From Stramenopiles sp. TOSAG23-6 (lineage: Eukaryota), in NCBI GenBank assembly GCA_900128565.1, contig LT635913.1, forward strand, positions 1-64,000: a stretch of DNA of 64,000 bases. The letters are read 5' to 3'. Positions 33,882-44,435 of the stretch are shown one piece after another (within the stretch, counting starts at the first letter, position 1; every line of letters starts with the position of its first letter). The translations under genes were made by a program, and so were the position numbers. The notes beneath the pieces are model-generated. The model was not told the origin of the DNA and ran no database searches. It was given only the letters and a program-made list of their open reading frames with translations.

Positions 33882-35159
33882 ATGGTAAAACGCTCTGACA
33901 CCGAAAGATATAGCCGGCAGCTTCTTCTACCCGAATATGGTCCGAAAGCTCAGGAACAAGTAATGAAGAAATCAGTTCTAATTGTTGGTGCTGGAGGCCT
34001 AGGTTGTCCCCTTGCTCTATATCTAGCAGGTGCTGGAGTAAAACACTTGGGTATAGTAGACGATGACGTTGTTGAACGTGGAAACTTACATAGGCAAATA
34101 GCACATACTGATGAAGGTGCTGTCAATCGTACGAGAAAGGTCGAATCGTTGATTGCTTCAGTGCGGGCTTTGAATCCTAGCATCAAGTGTACAGCAATAA
34201 TTGAACGTTTCAACTCTGACAACGCTCAGCGAATTATTAACGGATATACAGTTGTTGCCGATTGCACTGATAATGTTACAGCAAGATACTTTATCAATGA
34301 TGCATGTGTAATGAATCAAATCCCACTTGTCTCTGGTGCAGCTGTGGCATTTGATGGACAATTATCTGTTTATAACTATGATGGCGGTCCTTGTTATCGA
34401 TGTGTCAATCCGCTTCCTCCAAGTCAAGGTGCAGCTGGTAGTTGCTCTAGTAATGGAGTTCTGGGCCCCGTACCAGGTGTAATAGGTACACTAATGGCAA
34501 TAGAAGTATTAAAGATAATTGGAAAGTTTGGAGATCCTTTACGTCAGAAGTTGTGTATTTTTGATGGATTTTCCGGGAGATTTCGCACAATAAAATTACC
34601 AAAGAGGTGTGAAAACTGTGCTGTTTGTAGTAAACGTGGTATAAGATCTATGTCAGAATCAAAGTCATGGGCTGATAAAGTTGGTATTGGAAATGCTGGT
34701 GGGTGCGAAGCATTACAAATTGGTCATGTGATGAATAGAATAACAAACGAAGCATCTTTGCCAAATACGAACAAAGTATCCTGTGAAGAATTTAGTAAAA
34801 AGTACAACAATTTGATTCATGAATATGTACTTATTGATGTTCGTGTGCGTTCTCAATTTGCTATTTGTAGACTTGATGATTCGCTAAATATTCCTCTTAC
34901 TGAACTCAAGAATAATTTGGATAAAATTCGTGTGATACAGCAATCAAAAGAAAAAACAGTATTTAAAACAAATTTGCAAAATCAACAGAATCAAAGGCTG
35001 ATACCAATATTTATTATTTGTCGCCGTGGAATCAATAGTCAGCTAGGAGCACGTATACTCATTAATAATGGTTTTGAAAAGTTCGGTCCTGTTTATCATA
35101 TTATTGGGGGACTTCTCTCTTGGGCTGAAGAGGTAGACAATTTGTTTCCTATATATTAA
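33882..35159 (+). CDS. MOCS3: Adenylyltransferase/sulfurtransferase MOCS3/Uba4 (ThiF + rhodanese)
   Basis: RYSRQLLL, VGAGGLG, NLHRQ, DCTDN, PCYRC, C-terminal CRRG and W...VD..FPIY. Confidence 0.93.
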   Translation: MVKRSDTERYSRQLLLPEYGPKAQEQVMKKSVLIVGAGGLGCPLALYLAGAGVKHLGIVDDDVVERGNLHRQIAHTDEGAVNRTRKVESLIASVRALNPSIKCTAIIERFNSDNAQRIINGYTVVADCTDNVTARYFINDACVMNQIPLVSGAAVAFDGQLSVYNYDGGPCYRCVNPLPPSQGAAGSCSSNGVLGPVPGVIGTLMAIEVLKIIGKFGDPLRQKLCIFDGFSGRFRTIKLPKRCENCAVCSKRGIRSMSESKSWADKVGIGNAGGCEALQIGHVMNRITNEASLPNTNKVSCEEFSKKYNNLIHEYVLIDVRVRSQFAICRLDDSLNIPLTELKNNLDKIRVIQQSKEKTVFKTNLQNQQNQRLIPIFIICRRGINSQLGARILINNGFEKFGPVYHIIGGLLSWAEEVDNLFPIY

Positions 35160-35191
35160 AATGTGATTAATTTTCGTTATTTATAAAAAGT

Positions 35192-35776
35192 TTATTCGTC
35201 AAACATTGATACCATTTCTTGGTCACTGATCTGAAGAATACGATATTTACAATATAATTTTGCAAAATGTTGAGCTAGAATATGTTTACAATAAAAATTT
35301 GGAGGGGTGCTAGAGGCTCTTCGAGAAAAATCAGGACAACTGCAGTAACGATGCAAGCATATGTAAGGTCGAATCGCGCTACCTTGAATTCTAACTAAGC
35401 GGCGACCGCTAGGCATTGCCTGTATAACTTCAACTTTGTCACTGTCTGCGATAAGGACAGCTTTGCTTATTAAATCTGGTGTCAACAGAAACGTCAGAGA
35501 GCGTAAAAGATCTGACATAATATGCGGAGACGAGCTTAAAATCAGTTGCCGTTTTTGTGCAATGACAGATAAGCCATTCTCATCAAGCATATTATCTACA
35601 CTACATACCATTGAATTTCCATTCCTCGACTGATGGTTAACATCACTTGGTTCAACTGGGTGCACGCTTTTCTTCACATCAACAAGCGTTTTTTGTAACG
35701 CAGCTTCAGCTGTAGAAAAAGCCATCGCAACATAATCGCGCGGTAAAAGTGCACTACTGCAAACGCTTATATCCAT
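35192..35776 (-). CDS. SWIM zinc-finger protein (ZSWIM7/Sws1-like)
   Basis: YCSCPDF...CKHILA SWIM motif; small size. Confidence 0.8.
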   Translation of the reverse strand: MDISVCSSALLPRDYVAMAFSTAEAALQKTLVDVKKSVHPVEPSDVNHQSRNGNSMVCSVDNMLDENGLSVIAQKRQLILSSSPHIMSDLLRSLTFLLTPDLISKAVLIADSDKVEVIQAMPSGRRLVRIQGSAIRPYICLHRYCSCPDFSRRASSTPPNFYCKHILAQHFAKLYCKYRILQISDQEMVSMFDE

Positions 35777-36098
35777 ATACGCATAGATGATAGTCTGGCC
35801 TCTAGTTGATCATATCTTATTATATCGGCATCGTCTCTCCGTATTTCCAGGGAGAATGGCTACGTATCATGTGAAAAATGTCATCATAAAAAAGAACAAC
35901 ACGAATAGTACGGGTACACCTACAAATCGTGTGATGGATGATGACGTCAACTTTTTTTGTTTTTTATCCGTTTTTTCGTGCGTTTCAAGATTTTTTTTAA
36001 TTGGATATTGGTTTGCTTTTTGCACGCATATATTACATTTTGTGTGGACATCTGCTTCCACCAAGCAAACCATTGTTGTATCATTAGATAGTATTAGA

Positions 36099-38024
36099 AT
36101 GGCAGATGTGTCAGAAACATTTGAGCAGTTTTTATGTATTAATCGTCGACAATATCGTATTTTGAAAAAAATTGGAGACGGTGCATTTTCGGTAGTTTAC
36201 TTAGTCCAGGCTGACGGCGCTTCTCGCAAACTTGTTGCCAAGGTTGTAAACACGGTTCGGCCTGATGTAGCTGCACTTGTCCGGAAAGAAGTTTCTATAA
36301 TGAAGCGTGTTGATCATCGTAACATCGTAAAATTTGGAGGATTTGAACAGACCAGTAGACGCGCAATAATTTTAATGGAATTCTGTAAAGGTGGTGATTT
36401 ATGGGCTTGTTTAAGGAGACGGCGTGGAACGAGTCTTTCTGAAAAGGCTATTTTACAGGTAATGAAAGGGGCTTGCCTATCTGTATCAGTTTTACATGGA
36501 CGATCTCCTCCAATATCCCATTGGGATATTAAAATGGATAATTTTTTGCAAGGTGATGAGCATGCGATAAAGCTATGTGATTTCGGCTCATGTCAAGAAC
36601 CTGGGATTGTACCACTTATGACTAAGAAACAGCGTAATAGAGCGAAAGAACTTATTGAACAGTATACATCTCCAGTATATAGAGCACCAGAACAATGTGA
36701 TTTTTTTGGTCATTCAAACCTAACTCCAAAAGTGGATATATGGGCCATTGGCTGCGTTTTATACTGTCTCGCTTTTCAGTTCCATCCATTTCGTGACGCT
36801 GGTGTTTTAGGCATCTTATCTGGCAATTGGGAGTATCCCAAGGAAAGAGGCAAATATTTTTCCCCGGTAATAAAGATACTTCTTGATCGTTGTTTAGAAA
36901 AAGATCCAATAAAGCGAGCTGATATATTTGAAATTGTAGAACGAATCGAATCAGCACTAGGTGGAAAAAAATATGTCGAAAGAAAAAAGAAAAATACTAA
37001 AGAAGAAGAAGAAGTTGTGTTGAATGTAGCACATTCAAAGCGGGAAGCCAAAGAAAAAAAAAGTGCAAAAAAAGAAGCATTGCGAAAACGACGCGATAGA
37101 AAAGAACGAGCAGCTCTTGTAAAGGCAGCTGCTGCAAATGCCACACTCCCTGCGAAAAGAAATAAACACAAATCAAAATCTTCAATAGTAAAAAACAAAA
37201 ATAGTGCGTATACAGAAGCTCTGTGGGATGATGATGCATGGGGTATTACAACTGATAATAATACTACTAATGATGATAATGATGCATGGGGTATTACAAC
37301 TGATAATAATACTACTAATGATGATGATGCATGGGGTATTACAACTGATAATAATACTACTAATAGTACGAATGATGATGCTGATGATGCATGGGGTATT
37401 ACAACTGATAATACTACTACTGATGATAATGATACTGATGTATGGGGTAGTGTTGTCGATAACGCTGCGTTCACAAAATCTAAACCCTCTAGCTTTTACA
37501 CGTCATTAGAACATCGTGCTGAGGAAAATTCATCTGAATCTTCAGATTCTGACAAAATATCAAATAGATTAAATGATGATACTAGTGTCGATGATATATT
37601 TGTTCCAGTGTCTTACAATGAAGAATATGACAACCTCTTTGGTGACGAGGATAATCAACCAAGTATGCCAGTATCAAATGGGGTGGATAATAATGGACAT
37701 GTTAAAAATTTTCAATCGTTAAACCCAAATCCAACAGGTACGACGTTATTTGATGAAGCAATGGCAGTTACCAAAAAAACTACAACTAAAATGAATTTGC
37801 CACATTCGAGCAACGCAACAAAAATTGATGCTGCATTTGGTAGTATAAGCTTGCAGAGTACGAATAAGTATGATAGTTATAACCCTTTTTCGAACGATGC
37901 TATTTTGAATGGAAATCAGTATCACTCAAATAAACCACAAAATGTGTACCAACAACAGCAGCGACCACGAAATACAGCAGGATATTTTAATACCAAAACT
38001 CGTCATAATGATTCGTTTCGTTAA
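36099..38024 (+). CDS. NAK-family (AAK1/GAK/BIKE-like) Ser/Thr kinase with acidic DAWG repeat tail
   Basis: GDGAFSVV, PPISHWDIKMDN, KLCDFGS, YTSPVYRAPE, DIWAIGC; start taken at MADVSETF. Confidence 0.88.
   Translation: MADVSETFEQFLCINRRQYRILKKIGDGAFSVVYLVQADGASRKLVAKVVNTVRPDVAALVRKEVSIMKRVDHRNIVKFGGFEQTSRRAIILMEFCKGGDLWACLRRRRGTSLSEKAILQVMKGACLSVSVLHGRSPPISHWDIKMDNFLQGDEHAIKLCDFGSCQEPGIVPLMTKKQRNRAKELIEQYTSPVYRAPEQCDFFGHSNLTPKVDIWAIGCVLYCLAFQFHPFRDAGVLGILSGNWEYPKERGKYFSPVIKILLDRCLEKDPIKRADIFEIVERIESALGGKKYVERKKKNTKEEEEVVLNVAHSKREAKEKKSAKKEALRKRRDRKERAALVKAAAANATLPAKRNKHKSKSSIVKNKNSAYTEALWDDDAWGITTDNNTTNDDNDAWGITTDNNTTNDDDAWGITTDNNTTNSTNDDADDAWGITTDNTTTDDNDTDVWGSVVDNAAFTKSKPSSFYTSLEHRAEENSSESSDSDKISNRLNDDTSVDDIFVPVSYNEEYDNLFGDEDNQPSMPVSNGVDNNGHVKNFQSLNPNPTGTTLFDEAMAVTKKTTTKMNLPHSSNATKIDAAFGSISLQSTNKYDSYNPFSNDAILNGNQYHSNKPQNVYQQQQRPRNTAGYFNTKTRHNDSFR
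37227..37450 (+). repeat. Coding tandem repeat (DDDAWGITTDNNTT)n, about 5 units
   Basis: gatgcatggggtattacaactgataat repeated 4 times plus a diverged DVWG unit. Confidence 0.9.
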
Positions 38025-38149
38025 ATAAAATAAAAATGTATATCTTTCGTCACTGAAAATTTATATACAATTAATTTATACACTCCGTCGTTTTTTTCAC
38101 ACTAAAATTTGTTATAATATTTATAATTACGCAAAATAAAGTTTCGTAT

Positions 38150-38220
38150 TCATCAGTCTCAGAACCCCCAGTGGCTATGTAGATTATTAGCCTTGTCCAT
38201 AGGTTCGTCAATGGCGGTAC
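38150..38220 (-). promoter_or_regulatory. SECIS element (type II) in the GPx 3' UTR
   Basis: Minus strand UGAC-GAACCUAUGG-ACAA-GGCUA(loop)UAGCC-A-CUGGGGGUUC-UGAG: GA/GA core, about 10-bp stem, apical AA, ministem. Confidence 0.8.
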
Positions 38221-38258
38221 ATTTTGTTTATTATTTTCACAAGTTTCGAAGAAGAAGT

Positions 38259-38726
38259 CTAGGCAAGCCAAGAGTGCATCTTATTGTCCAAATAAGCAGA
38301 TGTTATCTTCTGAGGGAATCTCTCGAGTACTTGACCGTTGCGACCAACAACGAACTTTGTAAAGTTCCACTCGATAGGTTCTGAGAATTTTCCAGAGCGT
38401 AGGAACTGATATACATCCTGAGTAAACTTACCATTGACATCAGCTTTCTCAAATAGGGAAGATGCTGGCAAGCCATACTTTTCAACATAAAAAGCTCTTA
38501 CTTCTTCGGGTGTCCCAGGTTCTTCATCACAAAACTGGTTACAAGGAAAGAATAATACGTCGAGGCCCTTGTCTGCATATTTCTTTCCAAGAGCTATAAG
38601 ACCTGGAACGTCACTGATATCTCACAAACTTGCAACATTTACAATCAGAACGACCTTACCACTAAATTGAGTGAAGGACACTTCTTGGCCTGAATTGTTT
38701 CTTGCGCAAAGGTCTGTAAACGACAT
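38259..38726 (-). CDS. Selenocysteine-containing glutathione peroxidase (155 aa, Sec35)
   Basis: GKVVLIVNVASL-TGA(38622-38624)-DIS...FPCNQF..EEPG...IEWNFTKF; frame is open across the TGA; SECIS downstream. Confidence 0.93.
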
Positions 38727-39066
38727 GATATTCAACTATTCTAGTGACAAAATGCGATGTACCCCCTACAAACGATTTCAATACAAAAACGACAAACTAT
38801 AATGACTAGCGAGTCTTTCTTAAAGTTTCTTTGCTTTTCTGTGTCGTTTGCAACGTAATAGAAGCGTCTGACTACCAGGTACCTACTGTATATGTGTTGA
38901 CACCAAATGCCCCCCCGTGGGAGTCTCAAAATTAATTATATTAACAGGTTTTTTATATAAATGGTAATTTATTTAGTAAAGCATAATCATGTAAATCATC
39001 TGCTCACAGAATACAAAGAATCGTAGTACTTATAATTCATCAAACTTGACCCAAAATTTTCATTTT

Positions 39067-39438
39067 TCAGTCTTTCCTGATGGACTCTACTCGAACTAAC
39101 TGAAGTGTGCCTTGCGTCCATAATCTCGAAAAGGCATACGCACAAGCAAAAGGTGAGCCAAGTAAACAAATTACAACAACCCACGCGAAACCAACAACTA
39201 AAGAATCCTCACTTGCGAGAATAATCAAAGATAAAGGAAATACCGCACCATAGTAGTCAACACAAGTCATGACTAGCCACGACTGTAGCCATTCTTTATT
39301 TTCCAATTGAAAAGGAAACAAAGGCTGCTTCACATATGTTACTATGAGAGCGGATAAACATGCAGCCCCAGCAACCGCTGCAATGAGCAATTGAAATCGA
39401 GGAAAGGCCCGCATTTGTAAACTATGATCCTTTGACAT
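39067..39438 (-). CDS. Small multi-pass membrane protein (DUF1475-like)
   Basis: WLVMTCVDYYG...ILASE...W.....LGSP pattern; hydrophobic helices. Confidence 0.7.
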   Translation of the reverse strand: MSKDHSLQMRAFPRFQLLIAAVAGAACLSALIVTYVKQPLFPFQLENKEWLQSWLVMTCVDYYGAVFPLSLIILASEDSLVVGFAWVVVICLLGSPFACAYAFSRLWTQGTLQLVRVESIRKD

Positions 39439-39667
39439 GTTGATTATCCAATTAGTCTAATTATTATATCGTTTCAAATTTCTTTGTCTCTTTAGTTGGA
39501 ACACAACAGCTAATAACATGGGGAATTCCATCGGGGGTTTTCATTTCTCGGCGAAACACAAGATTTTTTTCGATTTTTTTTGCCTTTTGGCGAAAAACGC
39601 GACCGGTATAGTATCCTGTTCCAGTATCTTCTCACTAAATCTTTCGTTTTCATTTCAACAAAAGTAA

Positions 39668-42047
39668 ATGTCGTGTCCTATTCATGCTGTTCGAAACATG
39701 AAAATTTCACCAGGTACATGCCCCATGCATACGAATAAAACTGCCAATATGGCTGGAGACTGGTGGCCAAATCAACTCAATCTAACTCCTCTGAAAAGTC
39801 GGAAAGCGTCCAAACCTCAATCATCAACGTTTAACTACGCTAAAGAGTTTGCAAGTATTAACCTTCCAGAGTTAAAGGAAGACATATTTAAGCTCATGAA
39901 AACCTCTCAAAGTTGGTGGCCTGCTGATTATGGACATTATGGTCCATTCTTTGTACGTATGTCGTGGCACAGCGCTGGTACTTACCGAGTATTTGACGGG
40001 CGTGGTGGAGGTGGAACAGGTATGCTTAGATTTGCCCCGCTTAACTCTTGTAAGTAATATTTTTTGTGTAGTTTTCTCCTTAATGTATCATTTTTCCATT
40101 ACACTTATTTCTCTGCTCATTATCTTTATTATATCATCATAAAATATATGGCCGGATAATGGAAATTTGGACAAAGCTAGGAGATTATTATGGCCAATCA
40201 AAAAAAAGTATGGTCGCAAATTATCTTGGGCTGACCTAATGATTCTAACTGGAAATTGTGCTATGGAATCAATGGGATTTAAAACATTTGGTTTTGGTGG
40301 TGGCAGAGAAGACGTGTATGAACCTGAATCTGAAGTGTATTGGGGTGCGGAAAGAACTTGGCTCTCTGCTGAAAGAGGTGGGTTAGGTGATGCCCTTCAT
40401 AAACCTCTAGGAGCTGTACAAATGGGTTTAATTTATGTCAACCCTGAAGGTCCAAATGGAGTTCCAAACCCTCTTCAATCTGCCGAAGATATCCGTACTA
40501 CATTTGGTAGAATGGCGATGAATGATGTAGAAACTGTGGCTTTAATTGCTGGAGGTCATACGTTTGGTAAGGCTCATGGGGCAGCTGATCCTGGTGTTCA
40601 TGTTGGACCTGAACCAGAAGGTGCTTCAATTGAAGAGCAAGGTACAGGTTGGAAAAATTCTTTTCAAACTGGTTCAGGTAAGGATGCAATTACGTCTGGT
40701 CTCGAAGGAGCTTGGACAGCAAATCCGATACAATGGGACAATGGCTACTTTGAAAATTTGTTTGGTTATGAGTGGGAATTAAGTGAATCTCCTGCTGGTG
40801 CCAAACAGTGGGTGCCAAAAGACAAGAGCGAAGCGACAATGAATAAAGTCCCTGATGCTCATGTGAAAGAAAAACGTCACCCTCCAATAATGTTTACAAC
40901 TGATCTTGCACTCATTATGGATCCAAAATATAAGGTTATTTCGAAACGTTTTCACGATAACCCGGAGGAGTTTCAGTTAGCTTTTGCCAAGGCTTGGTAT
41001 AAACTAACGCATCGAGATTTGGGACCAGTAAATCGTCTTGTCTCCGCTATTGGTGGAAATGTTCCTGAAGCACAACTTTGGCAAGATCCAATACCAATGT
41101 CTAATTCTGTTATTGGTGACTCCGAAATTCAAGAACTCAGAACTGCTGTACAATCTATGTTAAGCGGTGGATCTCTTTCCGTTTCACAATTGGTGAAGAT
41201 TGCTTGGGGTTCTGCGAGTTCTTTCCGACATACAGATTTTCGTGGAGGTGGTAATGGTGCTCGGATTCGTCTCGCTCCTCAAAAGAATTGGGAAGCAAAT
41301 GATCCAGATGAGTTGCAGTCAGTTCTTGAAGTTCTTGAAAATGTACAGAATGATTTCAATAACAGTCATGCTACGAATCCTGTATCTATCGCAGATCTAA
41401 TTGTTCTTGCTGGAAGTGTTGCAATTGAGAATGCAGCGAAGAAGGCAGGTCATGAAATGGTAGTACCATTTCGTCCGGGTCGAGGAGATGCAACCCAGGA
41501 AATGACTGATGTTGAGTCATTTTCTTATTTAGAACCGACTGCTGATGGTTTTCGTAACTATTTGGGACCAGAAGCAAAACAAGGCGAAGCTACACCAGAA
41601 GCTCAACTTGTGGATATGGCACACTTGTTGACGTTGTCAGCTGCTGAAATGACAGTATTGGTTGGTGGTATGAGAAGTCTTGGTGCAAATTCAGGAGGTT
41701 CAAATGTTGGTATTTTAACTGATAATCCAGGGATTTTGTCAAATGATTTTTTCGTTAATTTGCTCAACATGGGAGTTCAATGGGGAAAAGATCCAGAAAA
41801 TCCTGATGCTGCAGTTGCAAAACAAGCTGGACAAGTTGACCCATACCGGGGTACCTACATTGGCCGAGATAGAGAATCTGGAAAGATACGTTGGAGAGCC
41901 AGTCGAGTTGACCTTATATTTGGTTCTCATTCTGAACTAAGATCATTTTCAGAGTATTATGCTTGTGATGATTCCAACAAAGTTTTTGTTGAAGATTTTG
42001 TAAAGGCATGGGTAAAAGTGATGGAATTAGACAGATTTGATGTATGA
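39668..42047 (+). CDS. katG: Catalase-peroxidase; 2 exons (39668-40049, 40150-42047), 759 aa
   Basis: [75 protein letters not shown]-terminal LDRFD. Confidence 0.96.
40050..40149 (+). other. Non-canonical intron GT...AT, 100 nt, not a member of the repeat family
   Basis: TCT T|GTAAGT...CATAAAATATAT|GG CCG GAT restores the invariant Trp of NSWPDN. Confidence 0.88.
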
Positions 42048-42329
42048 AGAAACCATATTGAAATTGTAGGAGACAAGTTCCTCTCTTCATTTACTACCGT
42101 GTTACATATTTGCTCTACCGTGATACATATTTTTTTTAGGTAGGATAAGACAGGAGTTAATAATTGTATATATGAGAATGATTTAAAAAAAAAAAAAAGT
42201 TAACTAATATGTGTATTTTATATATTCAAGAATCGTGAAAGATTCACTGATTAAAAATTAACTGTTTTATGTTGTTTGAATTGCAAAAGATCCACGATGT
42301 ATCTTCATTGTAATATTCTCTTTCCGGCA

Positions 42330-43436
42330 TCATATTTGGGCTCTGTCAGAAAAACTTTCTTCGTGCTTCAGTGTGGTCAGTTGTTCCCTCAAACCTTTAA
42401 TAGACTTGATTGCTTCGGCGAGGACGTCAGCTTTGTTCCATTTTGTTTTCTTTTGCAAATACTCATTTTGTAAATCTTCAAGTAAGACATCTGTAAGTTC
42501 ATCAAAGCGATCATTCATCGCTTGACGCCGTCGTTTTTCCCGATTATTTTTACGCTCACGGCGGACAGGACCATTGGGACCATTAACAAATTCACAGTCG
42601 TCATCGTCAATTTCAGGAGATATTCGAACGTACCCAGCTGGTCGCCACGCTCTTGAAGCAACATGCTTACCCAATCCTTTAGACGTTCTCGATGTCTTTT
42701 CAGCTTTGGATTTCAGATTTGTTTTTTTTCCTACAATTTTTTGGAGGGAGTGCTTATTCTTAAACTTTGTCGTTTGCCTCCTCCCCTGAGTTTTCGTTTT
42801 TCTGTTTTTTTTCGTCGTCGAATTGTTAATATTCATTATAGCACAAACCATTTCTTCATCAATAGGTCGAGTATATAAATCATTAAGAGATACAGGATTG
42901 GGTTGATAACGATTATTTCCAGAAGCCATATAGACTCCAGACGAAGATGATGGGGTAGTCTGTAAGTCAACAATTCCTCCAGGACCAAAAGAACGCGGTG
43001 TTCTCGGCATTCCACCCATCAATGCGCCGTATGGCATACCCATATCCAATAAACCAGATCCTTTCAACTCTGCATCAAGTTGTGGAAGCTGGTGGTTATG
43101 ATGAGAATTCATACTATGTACGTTAGACTGAGGCACTACGGCATCATTAAGAAGAGAACTTCCAGCCAGTGGATTAAGCACACCCCAGTTTTCGTCTGCA
43201 ATCAATGAGTCATTCGGAACACCAAGCATTTCACCATTGGGACCGCAGAAACCTTCACGCATTAAATCAGAGTTTGAAAGAAAGTCTACAGATCCAATAG
43301 ATTGAATAGAGTCATGTCGATTCCGCTTCATTGGCAGTCCGCTGTCTGGCAAACTTCCCATTGCATCCAACGAGCGCTTGCGTATCGGCATACGTCCCAA
43401 CGGTAATGGCGCAAGGGCCCCACATTTTGTTCCCAT
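42330..43436 (-). CDS. bHLH transcription factor
   Basis: RRERKNNREKRRRQAMNDRFDELTDVL...KWNKADVLAEAIKSIKGL; start uncertain (open frame extends to 43709). Confidence 0.85.
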   Translation of the reverse strand: MGTKCGALAPLPLGRMPIRKRSLDAMGSLPDSGLPMKRNRHDSIQSIGSVDFLSNSDLMREGFCGPNGEMLGVPNDSLIADENWGVLNPLAGSSLLNDAVVPQSNVHSMNSHHNHQLPQLDAELKGSGLLDMGMPYGALMGGMPRTPRSFGPGGIVDLQTTPSSSSGVYMASGNNRYQPNPVSLNDLYTRPIDEEMVCAIMNINNSTTKKNRKTKTQGRRQTTKFKNKHSLQKIVGKKTNLKSKAEKTSRTSKGLGKHVASRAWRPAGYVRISPEIDDDDCEFVNGPNGPVRRERKNNREKRRRQAMNDRFDELTDVLLEDLQNEYLQKKTKWNKADVLAEAIKSIKGLREQLTTLKHEESFSDRAQI

Positions 43437-43717
43437 CAAACGGCTTGAAATTGGTTGTATGGTTTCCTCGCTCAAATCAATGCTCCTGAATTCAAAAACA
43501 AACGAGTTGTAGAGTTTGCGTCCTCGAACCAGACTTGGTAGAGCACAAAGTATTCGAAAAGAAGGAGAAAAAAGTGTTGTGCTGGCTCTTCTGTGACGAC
43601 ACGTGGCAAACTTTCGACACAAACCTGCTCGACAAAAAAAACTTTTTGTGTGACATTGGTCATTGTTTTGATCTCTCAATATTTCATTGAAAAAAACATA
43701 TAGAATCATTCAACATT

Positions 43718-44398
43718 ATGATGCGTTGTGGTACATGGTGTCTTCAAAGAACTTTTTCACAATATCGGCATGTTTCAACACATTCCAATAGCAACCAAAC
43801 TGTTTGGCAAGCTCTTGTAACTCGAAGAACTATTGGTGATTTTGATACGACTCGCAAGGTACCGAATGAAACTGTACAAAAAGCTGTAGAAGCTGCAATA
43901 CACGCTCCAAATCATAAACTAACCGAACCTTGGCGAATGGTTTCTCTTGGGCCGAAAGCTTCCGGGAAACTTGCAGAATTGTGTGGAGCACATGTAGAAA
44001 AAATCAAAGGAGAGCGTGCAGGAAAAAGAAAAACCGAGAAATGGAAAGCTGTCCCTAACTGGATGGTTTTCCTGTCTAAAAATCAAACAATCACTCCAAC
44101 ACATACACACAACACAACTGAACCTACAGAAATGACATATACACAGATAGAGGATTATGCAGCTACTTGCTGTGCATTGCATAATTTTACACTAGCACTG
44201 CATGAGTCTGGTGTTGTTAGTAAGTGGAGTAGTGGAAGTATTACTCGTCAGCAGGTATTTCGTGATTTAATTGAAGCAAATAATGACGAGATAATTGTAG
44301 GTTTAGTAATGTTTGGATATCCTGACGCTAAAAAAAAGAAGAAAAAGCCACCTCTAAAACGAAGGGGTATATTAGAATGTTTATATTCCGTACCATAA
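43718..44398 (+). CDS. Nitroreductase-family protein (YdjA-like)
   Basis: TRRTIGDF, AAIHAPNHKLTEPWR, EDYAATCCALHN, IVGLVMFGYP. Confidence 0.88.
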   Translation: MMRCGTWCLQRTFSQYRHVSTHSNSNQTVWQALVTRRTIGDFDTTRKVPNETVQKAVEAAIHAPNHKLTEPWRMVSLGPKASGKLAELCGAHVEKIKGERAGKRKTEKWKAVPNWMVFLSKNQTITPTHTHNTTEPTEMTYTQIEDYAATCCALHNFTLALHESGVVSKWSSGSITRQQVFRDLIEANNDEIIVGLVMFGYPDAKKKKKKPPLKRRGILECLYSVP

Positions 44399-44435
44399 TT
44401 AAAAGTTTCCATAGTATATATATTATCAGCATTTC

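Noticed and set aside
35787-36098. Long N-terminal ORF extensions (also 13802-14002, 33621-33728, 43437-43709, 57146-57361)
   Set aside because: They run through promoter-like or microsatellite DNA between divergent genes and translate to low-quality sequence; downstream ATGs fit the domains better.
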